Of a stretch of 64,000 nucleotides of DNA, positions 19,589 through 28,249 are shown one piece after another. The notes under the pieces were generated by a model that was given only the letters and a program-made list of their open reading frames with translations, had not been told where the DNA came from and searched no databases. Within the stretch, counting starts at the first letter, position 1; the number at the start of each line of letters is the position of its first letter. The position numbers were made by a program, and so were the translations under genes. The stretch lies in IMG/VR virus record IMGVR_UViG_3300023174_000040, positions 259,268 to 323,267 of that record. The stretch is one strand, 5' to 3'.

Positions 19589-19819
19589 ATGAACGAAAAA
19601 AACAAACCACAAAGAAATTCAAAACCAAAAAAGAACACCGTAGTAAAAGCCCAATCTCTAGAACCAGCAACCAAAAAAGTAGATATGATCAAAAAATTAG
19701 AAGCAAAGGTTGCAGACAAGAAGAAAAGTAAAGATTCATACCCATCGGTAACAGATAAGGTTTTACTTGGCGTGATAGCAGCCCAGATATTGGTCTTAAT
19801 CTACATGCTTATTAAATGA
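19589..19819 (+). CDS. Small basic protein with a C-terminal transmembrane helix
   Basis: AAAAGGAAA RBS before MNEKNK; VLLGVIAAQILVLIYMLI. Confidence 0.55.
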   Translation: MNEKNKPQRNSKPKKNTVVKAQSLEPATKKVDMIKKLEAKVADKKKSKDSYPSVTDKVLLGVIAAQILVLIYMLIK

Positions 19820-19848
19820 ATTTAATATAGACGCTGCATATATACTGC

Positions 19849-20505
19849 ATGAAACTTTTCTCAGAGTGGATAGTAGATAACCACCCAGAGTTTTATGAAA
19901 ACTTTGAGTTCATGCCCCTGGATAGTGGTTTATCCAGGGAAAAAACTAGTCTGTCGAGGAGATCGTCAGCATATCAAAGAACGGATATATCAGACGAAGA
20001 TGCAAAAAGAATGGCCATCTCAATAGGTGATATAGTAGATTTAGGTCCGGAAGTATCGAAGAATCAAATCGCAAAAATAGTAGAAGTAAGAAATTCTACT
20101 GTTAAGGTTCTAAATCTATATAATCAAAGATTAACAATTATATCCATAGATGAACTATACCTAAAAAAAGATCTAATGGGCAGGGAGCTAATACCAAGAG
20201 ATCAACAGCAACTGGATGCAATGGGCGCCAAAAACCTTTGGATTAAATTATCTGAAAGACAATATAAAAAATTTGCAAGTCAATATAAAGAAAAAGAGAT
20301 AGAGGATGTGATTTCAAAACAAAAAGAGATAGATCAAAAACAAATAGATAAATTAAGATCTTGGTTTGCTGCCGCAAGTAAAGAAAAATTAGATACTCGG
20401 GCAGAAGAAGAAGATAGTAGATTAAAAGATATATTTAAATCAGAACAACCAAGTTCAAGTCCGGCACCATTATCGAGATATGTTAAAAAGAAAGAACTAC
20501 CTTGA
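19849..20505 (+). CDS. Hypothetical protein, candidate capsid internal protein
   Basis: N-terminus MKLFSEWI. Confidence 0.65.
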   Translation: MKLFSEWIVDNHPEFYENFEFMPLDSGLSREKTSLSRRSSAYQRTDISDEDAKRMAISIGDIVDLGPEVSKNQIAKIVEVRNSTVKVLNLYNQRLTIISIDELYLKKDLMGRELIPRDQQQLDAMGAKNLWIKLSERQYKKFASQYKEKEIEDVISKQKEIDQKQIDKLRSWFAAASKEKLDTRAEEEDSRLKDIFKSEQPSSSPAPLSRYVKKKELP

Positions 20506-21314
20506 AAAGAACTGCTTTTTGTTTTACGGGAGAAGGAGCTAGAGGAAGTATACAAGCGGGAATAGCTTTATCTCTATATGAGAGTAATATAAAACCAGAA
20601 TTAACAATAGGGATCAGTTCTGGGAGTATATGCGCAGCTAGTTATGCTTATTTGGGGCCACAAGGTGTTGCAGATATGTGGTCTAATATAAAAAACATAT
20701 TTGATGTTTTTGGGATTAATTACTTTCCCTGGAGAAAAACAGGGATGTTAAATCAAAAACCAATGGAAAAAATAGTTTCCAACGCATTAAAGAATACCCC
20801 AGTATGTGAAAGTATAGTTTCTAAGTTAAATATTCATTCTGGGGAGATGATGTATGTTTCCAATAAAGGAATAACAGCAGATGAGTTTAAGGAAAATGTG
20901 CTTTCAAGCGTTGCAATTACAGGACTAGTAGAAGATAGAAACGGCTGGGTTGATGCCGGCAGTCGCCAATTAGCGCCATTAAAACAATGCATAGATTTAG
21001 GATATAACGAAATATATGTGATAATGGGCAGACCTTTAACTCTTTCTTATTGGGAAGGCGCAAAGGGAATTTTAAAGCCATTAGAAATGGCCTTTAGAGC
21101 ACTCGATATTAGTTTGTATGAGATAATGATAAGAGATATAAATCAACATTTAAATAATAATGATATAGAAATTTATTTAGTAGAACCAGATAAACTATTC
21201 TTTGATTCAGTATATTTTAATCAGTGCAAAAATGGTGTACAGTATGGAAGAAAAGAATACACGATACATGACAAAAAATCTTTAAGAAATATTTTGCCCA
21301 AGATAGTCAATTAA
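20502..21314 (+). CDS. Patatin-like phospholipase
   Basis: GEGARG oxyanion motif, GISSG nucleophile elbow, VDAG. Confidence 0.85.
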   Translation: MKRTAFCFTGEGARGSIQAGIALSLYESNIKPELTIGISSGSICAASYAYLGPQGVADMWSNIKNIFDVFGINYFPWRKTGMLNQKPMEKIVSNALKNTPVCESIVSKLNIHSGEMMYVSNKGITADEFKENVLSSVAITGLVEDRNGWVDAGSRQLAPLKQCIDLGYNEIYVIMGRPLTLSYWEGAKGILKPLEMAFRALDISLYEIMIRDINQHLNNNDIEIYLVEPDKLFFDSVYFNQCKNGVQYGRKEYTIHDKKSLRNILPKIVN

Positions 21315-22034
21315 ATCTTTAGAATCTGACAGACCTTTATATTTTTTTTGCTCTTCTGTCATATTATTTATTGTTTTAATCAAGCTTTCTTTGTCTATAT
21401 CCTCTTCATCAATCAGGTACTGTCTTAAAATAAAAAGACAAAAACCCTTATCTGGGAATCCTACGGTGACTTGTCTTTCTATTTTTATAAAAACCTTAGG
21501 TTCATTCTTGTCAAAATTTATGAATGGAAACCTTGGATGATAGTTATATTTCCTCTCATGAACCACACTCCAAAGATATCTTTCAAATATCCCAGAGTTT
21601 ATTATTGCGTTAACTATTTTAGTGCTATTTTTTAAACTCATTGGAACTGGAGAATGCAACTCATCAAAAGACATGCCTATTTTTTCAGCCGGATTCCAAC
21701 TACTGGGGAAGCAGACATGTCCACTAGCCATCCAATCTTTATTATTTTTTATCCTATGAATTATTAGATCTTCATCTATTTCTCTGGCTATATCGATATA
21801 TTTTCTACTCTGTAGACTTATGGGGTAATTATCCAGTATGAACCTTTCGCAGGACTCATATATATCTTCAGATATGTGGTTTTCAAAAAAGAATTCTTGC
21901 TGAGATAGAGCAATTCTTTTTTCTTTTTGTATAAATTCAGAATCTTTTCTGTCTTTTTCAAAGACCTGTTCTGGGTTTATCTTCTTTAAATCAGGTAAAG
22001 TGCTAAACCCCTTAATATAAGCATGATTTACCAT
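21282..22034 (-). CDS. DUF3445 / haem-dependent oxidative N-demethylase alpha-subunit-like protein
   Basis: HVCFPSSWNPAEKIGMSFDELHSPVP; KIERQ...FILRQY. Confidence 0.75.
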   Translation of the reverse strand: MVNHAYIKGFSTLPDLKKINPEQVFEKDRKDSEFIQKEKRIALSQQEFFFENHISEDIYESCERFILDNYPISLQSRKYIDIAREIDEDLIIHRIKNNKDWMASGHVCFPSSWNPAEKIGMSFDELHSPVPMSLKNSTKIVNAIINSGIFERYLWSVVHERKYNYHPRFPFINFDKNEPKVFIKIERQVTVGFPDKGFCLFILRQYLIDEEDIDKESLIKTINNMTEEQKKYKGLSDSKDLIDYLGQNIS

Positions 22035-22507
22035 GCAACTTTGGTTATCCTGTGAGGCCTCTTTAATAATTTACCATCAATTAATTTTTCTTCAGCCATC
22101 CAAATATGACAATAGCCAGAATTCTTTTCTATTCCATAGGCGACTATTCCGTTTTGATCTAATCTAAAAACTTTGAACTTTCCACGATAACCCATTAAAA
22201 TTTTGTCACGTGTTTTATTTTTTAGGTTCGAAGAACCATCTTCATCTTCGTTGTCATCATCGTCTTCATCATCATATTCCTCCACCTCTGTTTTAGAAGA
22301 AGGGCTGTCAGATGTTTTCCATATTGGGCCACCACCCAAAACTTTTATAATGTCTCCGCTTTGGAGCTCCTTCCAGTCTATTCTAGTTGCCTTGGGCTTA
22401 TCTTTTTTTATTTTAAATGCAAAGCCGGCATCACAAAATTTACATCTTCTGGCTCTTACACCATTTTCTTTTTTGCATTTATCACAAATCTTTTTTGGCA
22501 TTTTCAA
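22028..22507 (-). CDS. Zinc-ribbon plus SH3/KOW-like protein with an acidic loop
   Basis: CDKC...CKFC; LQSGDIIKVLGG. Confidence 0.6.
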   Translation of the reverse strand: MKMPKKICDKCKKENGVRARRCKFCDAGFAFKIKKDKPKATRIDWKELQSGDIIKVLGGGPIWKTSDSPSSKTEVEEYDDEDDDDNEDEDGSSNLKNKTRDKILMGYRGKFKVFRLDQNGIVAYGIEKNSGYCHIWMAEEKLIDGKLLKRPHRITKVAW

Positions 22508-22785
22508 CCCTTTATTATACTATTTTTTGCGATTACAACGCCTGTACCGTGCTCTGAGTTATAGACGTTTTTGATATCATCATCTGGCTCGCATGTCAAT
22601 ATCACATGGCTCTTGTGAATCAAATACTTTTCATCTTTCGAGTATGGAATCAAGGGCATACTTGCGATTCCATTCTGGGTCATAAGGAACTTTTGGGGCT
22701 TGATGGCTACATAGAAATCATCTTTTGCCTCCAATGCACATATGAATTCTTCTCCACTCACGAGCTTCAAAACTTTGATCTCCAT
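22504..22785 (-). CDS. Small Sm-like protein of the type conserved in T4-like phages
   Basis: IKVLKLVSGEEFIC...P..Y...V. Confidence 0.6.
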   Translation of the reverse strand: MEIKVLKLVSGEEFICALEAKDDFYVAIKPQKFLMTQNGIASMPLIPYSKDEKYLIHKSHVILTCEPDDDIKNVYNSEHGTGVVIAKNSIIKG

Positions 22786-22868
22786 TTAATTTCTTTCTAT
22801 TTAAAGTATAAATTATTCAATTCACAAATTAGAATACACCACAATTCAATGCTTTTCAATAGCAATTG

Positions 22869-22913
22869 TTTTTTGTCGTAAGTCCTTATTTTAAAAGCAC
22901 TTACGACAAAAAA
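22869..22913. repeat. 15-bp perfect inverted repeat with 15-bp spacer
   Basis: TTTTTTGTCGTAAGT...ACTTACGACAAAAAA. Confidence 0.9.
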
Positions 22914-23009
22914 ATTATTTAATTATATTTAAACATTAAAGTTAATCCCAATAAATCTAAATACAATAGTGTTTTATTCCAGGCTCGATTAAGATATAAT
23001 AGGGAGATC

Positions 23010-23444
23010 ATGAAAATGAAAAATAAATTTACAGATTACAAAGATGTAGTTAAAATTCTTAAAAAGCATTGCCCTTTAGCGTATGAAATCAGCGTTAGAA
23101 GAGTGGCAATGGGAAGATGTCTTGATGGAGATTGTGTAAAATATAAAAAGAAATTCTTTATAAGAATTAACAGAGATCTGCCAGAAGATTCTGCTATAGA
23201 CACTCTTTTACATGAATGGGCACATGCCCGTGCTTGGAATCATCTACTAGATAACTTGGATAGTCAAGACAAATTCGATGATTTTTCCCACGATGCATCA
23301 TGGGGAGTTGCATATAGCGAAGTCTATAGACTATATCAGAGATACTTTCTATTAAGCACAGATGGAATGAGTAACGTAGATGAATCAACCATGTGCAGTA
23401 AAAAAAGATATTGTAGCAGAGGAACAGATCAAGAAATAATATGA
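23010..23444 (+). CDS. HExxH zinc metallopeptidase-like (SprT-like) protein
   Basis: IDTLLHEWAHARAW...HDASWG. Confidence 0.7.
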   Translation: MKMKNKFTDYKDVVKILKKHCPLAYEISVRRVAMGRCLDGDCVKYKKKFFIRINRDLPEDSAIDTLLHEWAHARAWNHLLDNLDSQDKFDDFSHDASWGVAYSEVYRLYQRYFLLSTDGMSNVDESTMCSKKRYCSRGTDQEII

Positions 23445-24244
23445 ATTATTTTGTCTCGGTAGAAGATTCTTACTACCATAATTGGCAACTCGAATTATTG
23501 ATAGAAAGCTTCAAGGTATTGGGTCTAGAGGACAATCTATATATATCGGTGGCTCAGGCAGACAAAGAGTATCTTAAAAATAATAAAAATCTTTCAACAC
23601 ATGCCAATAAATATATTCATAAAAATATAGGCAGAGAAACAGGTATACTCAAATTAAATAAATGGGGTTCTCTTTACACTCTTATGGAGAACAACATACT
23701 AAGTTTACCCGTGACCGTACTAGATCCCGATACAGTCATACAAAAAGATATAAAAATACAAGATAAACAATTTATATTTTCTATTGATCCTGACTTTGTT
23801 TATAATAAAAGATATGCCAAATTAATTAGACTATCAAAAAATGAAATGGATAAATGGCTTAATCTGGGTGAAGTGTTTGTTTTTAATGAATTATCATTAA
23901 ATTTCTTTAAGGATATGGCAATATTATGTCAAATGGTGGGATTGGATCCAAACAAATATCAAGTTGATAAAGCGGCATTATTTGCAACTTTGTGCAAACA
24001 TAAAGTCAGTAAAATATTAGCCAGTAATGATATCGAAGGAAATCTAATAGAGAGTCAATTAAAAGATATAATAAGCTATAGGCATGGAGTTAATCCCATG
24101 TTTAATAAAAAACTATATAAAAGTAATGATATGAATTTCTCCATGGCATCCGATAATCCAATAAATCTTTTATCTAAAATGGACCACACCCCTTCTTTAG
24201 AGTATGTGTCCAAGATTGCAAAGAGAATTATAAACCGAATATAA
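23441..24244 (+). CDS. GT-A-fold glycosyltransferase-like protein (resembles HPAT/SERGT1 O-glycosyltransferases)
   Basis: FVSVEDSYYHNWQLELLIESF; NKW; VLDPD (DxD). Confidence 0.5.
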   Translation: MNYFVSVEDSYYHNWQLELLIESFKVLGLEDNLYISVAQADKEYLKNNKNLSTHANKYIHKNIGRETGILKLNKWGSLYTLMENNILSLPVTVLDPDTVIQKDIKIQDKQFIFSIDPDFVYNKRYAKLIRLSKNEMDKWLNLGEVFVFNELSLNFFKDMAILCQMVGLDPNKYQVDKAALFATLCKHKVSKILASNDIEGNLIESQLKDIISYRHGVNPMFNKKLYKSNDMNFSMASDNPINLLSKMDHTPSLEYVSKIAKRIINRI

Positions 24245-24518
24245 TTGTTTCTGGCTTGTCGTCTATCCAGACATCAATATTCACACCAAGTTTATCGACA
24301 ACATCTTTTTTAGGAAGATGATTGCAGAATATCACATCTTCTATTAATTCCAAAGAAGACCCAAAGCTACCCTGCACTTCATCTATATTTTTTTGTTCTT
24401 CTGTCCGGGCAGTTACACAAAAAACTCGGTGGCCTCTAGAGGTTGCCTTAAGAATAAACCACTTCCAAAATATTGGATCTTCTGTGAAAGTGTTGTCAAA
24501 ATCTAAAGAAAAAACCAT
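24228..24518 (-). CDS. Small HAD-superfamily hydrolase
   Basis: SLDFDNT, VTAR, K, WIDDKP motifs I-IV. Confidence 0.8.
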   Translation of the reverse strand: MVFSLDFDNTFTEDPIFWKWFILKATSRGHRVFCVTARTEEQKNIDEVQGSFGSSLELIEDVIFCNHLPKKDVVDKLGVNIDVWIDDKPETIIFGL

Positions 24519-24943
24519 TATATTCCTTTTAGCATCTGTCTTATCTCATCCAAATCTTTCCTGCTATCTTCCATCTGTTTTTCCAAAAATATAACTACCC
24601 AATAACTATTAAGATCGTTTATTTTTTCAGCATCAGCTATTCTCTGATAATAGTTATTTATAACCTCTTCTTCCATTTTTGCTGCGTATTCTAGAATTTC
24701 TCTTGGATCGCTCAAGGATGGAAAATCATTCGGCACCTTTGCAGGAGAGCCCCCAAGCCCAGTAATAAGATCAGAGAATTGCACGATGTGTTGCATTTCA
24801 CTGGCCGCCTGTTCCAGCAGCCATTCTTTGTATTCTTTTGCGTGCAAACCAACTATGTTGCTTGCATTATGAAGATAAAAACAATGATGTTTCCACTCAT
24901 TTTTAAGGTCTTGATTTATTCTTTCAACCAAAGCATTAATCAT
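24518..24943 (-). CDS. Ferritin/bacterioferritin-like four-helix-bundle protein
   Basis: LKNEW, SEMQH, KMEEE and helix spacing. Confidence 0.75.
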   Translation of the reverse strand: MINALVERINQDLKNEWKHHCFYLHNASNIVGLHAKEYKEWLLEQAASEMQHIVQFSDLITGLGGSPAKVPNDFPSLSDPREILEYAAKMEEEVINNYYQRIADAEKINDLNSYWVVIFLEKQMEDSRKDLDEIRQMLKGI

Positions 24944-25027
24944 AAAATTTTGTTTCTTTCAAAAAATGGATAAAAATTTAGACTAGAGTAGTATATAATC
25001 TATAATCTTTTAATCAAGAGGAATACT

Positions 25028-25546
25028 ATGAAAACATTTAATGAGTTTATTGAACAAAAAAATATCAACACACTAGTTGAGAGTATTGCGGGTCTTATGG
25101 TTGAGATGGACATCAATCCCGCTGAATATATTTTAGAAAATGCTCCTGAGACGGAACTTGATGAAGGTTTCATGGATAGTCTGAAGGCATTTGGTAAAAA
25201 CGCCTGGAGTGCGGCCAAACAATTTGGCAAAAATGTTTGGGACGGTGGCGGTATCAGAGGTGGTGCTGCTCAAGCAGCCGATACATTAGCCGGCCCTGCT
25301 TCGAAGTTTGATTCTGCTGCAAGAGTTTTAACTGATCTTGTGAATCAACTTCAAAAAAATCCACAAACTGCAAGTATGCCATCTTCGACCAATCCAAGAC
25401 AAACAGTCGCTTCTTATCTTGGCGGAATTCTAAAGGGACTAATGAAGGAGAAAGAGAACATTCCAAAAATGCAGGATGCCCAAGTTTCTATGCCAATGGC
25501 TCCAAGAGGTCCAGGTGCTCCCGCTCCTGCCCCTGCAACTCCTTGA
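25028..25546 (+). CDS. Candidate capsid internal protein
   Basis: N-terminus MKTFNEFIE resembles the T4 capsid-targeting sequence MKTYQEFIAE. Confidence 0.7.
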   Translation: MKTFNEFIEQKNINTLVESIAGLMVEMDINPAEYILENAPETELDEGFMDSLKAFGKNAWSAAKQFGKNVWDGGGIRGGAAQAADTLAGPASKFDSAARVLTDLVNQLQKNPQTASMPSSTNPRQTVASYLGGILKGLMKEKENIPKMQDAQVSMPMAPRGPGAPAPAPATP

Positions 25547-26108
25547 TTTTAAACCTATATTTTTCATAACACTCATTTGCTTTTTCAAGAATAGTGTTGC
25601 TGATGTTGAAGTCAGCAACACTATTTTCTTTTCTGATATTGAATTCTTCTTTTAAACCCAAGAACTCTTGAATTTTCTTGTAAGTTTCAGGCAGGGTAAA
25701 CTCCTCGTCAAAATAGACTTTAAAGTTTTGCTTGGGAGTTTTTCTTATCATTTCATAGATCTTGCGAAGCCTAAAACAATAATAGTTTAAACACGACTCT
25801 GAGCTGTACATTTTATTCCCGATTAGATTTGGCATCACTAATCTTGGCTTATTTACAAGATAAATAAATTTACAAAAATTTAATAAAGGAGCAAAACAGA
25901 ATTGATGATTATAATAAAGAGGATCCATATAGATATGAGGATTTTTTCTATATCCGCTTCTAATAGATCCTAGAGAAAAAAGATTATTTATATCTTTGTA
26001 TAACTGCAAGTCTATTTTTTGTATTCTCTTATTAGTGTTCAACGTATCAACTAAAACATTATTTTCTCTATAGTGCGTAATCACCAATAATAGTTCTTTT
26101 TTCTGCAT
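25488..26108 (-). CDS. Hypothetical protein, weakly sulfotransferase-like
   Basis: LLVITHYR...LN...RI and KFIYLVNKPR resemble degenerate PSB/PB motifs; start MQKK at 26108. Confidence 0.4.
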   Translation of the reverse strand: MQKKELLLVITHYRENNVLVDTLNTNKRIQKIDLQLYKDINNLFSLGSIRSGYRKNPHIYMDPLYYNHQFCFAPLLNFCKFIYLVNKPRLVMPNLIGNKMYSSESCLNYYCFRLRKIYEMIRKTPKQNFKVYFDEEFTLPETYKKIQEFLGLKEEFNIRKENSVADFNISNTILEKANECYEKYRFKIKELQGQEREHLDLLEPLA

Positions 26109-26139
26109 AAAATAATAGAGAGAAAACAATAGATAAAAT

Positions 26140-26700
26140 ATGCTTAACTTCAAAACATTCTTAGAAAATCTTGAACATTCAAAAAATGATATTCACAAGA
26201 TCGTTCAATACAGCGAAAAATTATTAGGTATGGTCAAACCCAAAGAGGAACTCGAAGATTGGGTTAAAGCAAAACTAACTCATACCGAGGATTATCTCAA
26301 TACAGTTCTTGATTATTTAAAATACTACAAACAACAAAATGAAGACAATAACAGAATGGCCATGGGAGATCTAAGAAGCATTCATGAAAAAGCAAAAGAA
26401 ATAGAAAAAATACTTAGCAAAGAAAAAGAACTAAAAGACTGGATTAAATCAAAACTAAATTTAGCGGGTGAGTATATGGATGATGTGTTTCATCACCTGG
26501 ATTATAATAAAAAAGAAGGATTCGTAAACCAGAGTATGCCAGATCCAGAAAATGAGCGTGCTCCAAAAGCAAGTGAGTATTCTGCCGATCCCTACATGAG
26601 CATAGATGACCTACCGCCCACACCATTTTCCCGACATCGGGAAAATCTAAAATACAAGAATAAAATGAAGAAAAAAGCCGATCAACTAAAAAATAATTGA
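26140..26700 (+). CDS. Protein with two copies of an L(E/K)DW(V/I)KxK helical domain; candidate internal protein
   Basis: LEDWVKAKLTHTEDYL and LKDWIKSKLNLAGEYM. Confidence 0.7.
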   Translation: MLNFKTFLENLEHSKNDIHKIVQYSEKLLGMVKPKEELEDWVKAKLTHTEDYLNTVLDYLKYYKQQNEDNNRMAMGDLRSIHEKAKEIEKILSKEKELKDWIKSKLNLAGEYMDDVFHHLDYNKKEGFVNQSMPDPENERAPKASEYSADPYMSIDDLPPTPFSRHRENLKYKNKMKKKADQLKNN

Positions 26701-26713
26701 TCGGCCCTGTTCG

Positions 26714-27388
26714 TTATCTTGGCATTAAAATATAGTCTTTGCTATATTCTCTTTGCGACACATTCCTGTCGATTATTGGCAATTCTAATACCCTGTATTT
26801 ATTAGGTATTATGTCTTCTTTTGCATAGATGATAGCTGCCCAGCCATCCCACCTTTTGTTGAACTCGTTCATATTCCAAGTTCTAATCTTAAGTTGTGGA
26901 TCGCTATTATTGATATATTTCACTACTCCGGCCTTTTCATCATAATGAACCATTGTCATCATGTGGCCAGGAACAGCAAAAACAGCGCCTCTACGTTCAA
27001 TTTGGCAGCCTTTTATCAATAAATTCCTATCACCCTTCGTTGTCATTTCATACTTAACGCTAAATCTTTCAAGCATGGCTCTAGCAGCACTAGGGCCTGC
27101 ATAGCTTTGGTATTCTTTCATTCTTGTTAAATCATACAACCGTGTTTCCTTCGCATACCTTGCAATTGTTTCGAAGCTGCACCAAACGCACTGGATACCA
27201 GTTCTGTTTGGCACACGATCTTCGAATGGTATAGGGACCTGAACATTCGAAAGATCTTCATCTTCCTCCCCTTCATAACTAGCAACAGGGTTAATGTTGC
27301 TAGCAAAAAGGGGATTTGGATAAAGACAGTCAAACTGCCCGAGAGACCCTAAAAACAGAATTAATAAAACCCATGAAATCCTTTTCAT
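26714..27388 (-). CDS. Secreted papain-like cysteine peptidase (C39-like)
   Basis: Signal peptide; QCVWCS, PGHMMT, INNSDP; AAGGAGG RBS. Confidence 0.65.
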   Translation of the reverse strand: MKRISWVLLILFLGSLGQFDCLYPNPLFASNINPVASYEGEEDEDLSNVQVPIPFEDRVPNRTGIQCVWCSFETIARYAKETRLYDLTRMKEYQSYAGPSAARAMLERFSVKYEMTTKGDRNLLIKGCQIERRGAVFAVPGHMMTMVHYDEKAGVVKYINNSDPQLKIRTWNMNEFNKRWDGWAAIIYAKEDIIPNKYRVLELPIIDRNVSQREYSKDYILMPR

Positions 27389-27447
27389 AGATCCTCCTTG
27401 ATCTATAATTATTTAGGGTTCTGGGCTTCAAAAAATAATTTTAAGCC

Positions 27448-27729
27448 TTATTTTCCTTGATTTCCTTGATTGGATAGCTTTTTAAAAGCATTTAAGGATC
27501 TGGCCGGGTTCTTGATGAGTTCATCAATAGCCTCATCACCCTTCTTTGTGTTAAGTTTATTCCAGGCGGCCCGCCTTGTTATTAAGCTATATTTCTTAAA
27601 AACACTCTGGAGCTTCTCTGCTAACTCCATTATGGCAGAGTTTTGACTCGTATCATCTTTATCTTTAGACCTCTTGTCAGAATCTTTCTTGGAGCTTTCT
27701 GACAAGAGGTATTCCTTATAACTTTTCAA
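27448..27729 (-). CDS. Candidate capsid internal protein
   Basis: MKSYKEYLLSE. Confidence 0.65.
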   Translation of the reverse strand: MKSYKEYLLSESSKKDSDKRSKDKDDTSQNSAIMELAEKLQSVFKKYSLITRRAAWNKLNTKKGDEAIDELIKNPARSLNAFKKLSNQGNQGK

Positions 27730-28083
27730 TTACATGCCTTTTGGTAGATATTTTGACTCTTCTTCACCATGCATGGAATCATTCTTGTTCTCTGATTCGC
27801 TGTCTTCGACATGCTTCTTAGCAGCCATCTTGAGTTTTGGAAGATTAATATTTGAGATCAATAGTTCCATTTCTGGGTTGTTTGAAGCAATGCCTCTTAG
27901 AGCATTCATAAATCTCTGTGGGTTCTCAGCGATTGCCATATCAACAACCTTCATCATGTGAGTGAGCTGCTCTGCTTCGCTGTTGCTGAAACTAGCGGTG
28001 CCATAGGCTGTTTTTCCAACATTCATACCTGTGACTTCAGAAACACTATTATTATCTTTTAAATATTCTTGAAAACTTTTCAT
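27730..28083 (-). CDS. Candidate capsid internal protein
   Basis: MKSFQEYL; AAAGGA RBS. Confidence 0.65.
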   Translation of the reverse strand: MKSFQEYLKDNNSVSEVTGMNVGKTAYGTASFSNSEAEQLTHMMKVVDMAIAENPQRFMNALRGIASNNPEMELLISNINLPKLKMAAKKHVEDSESENKNDSMHGEEESKYLPKGM

Positions 28084-28249
28084 ATTTTTCCTTTAATTTT
28101 GTTTGTTTAACTAACACTAAAATGTATATATGTTTTTTTGAAAAATTTTTAAAGGCAAAAGTGTATATACATTTAAGGTTTTATTCAACAATATACTAAA
28201 CTAGTATCGAACCTTTTTGCAAAAACAAAATTATCTTAGGGAGAAACTA

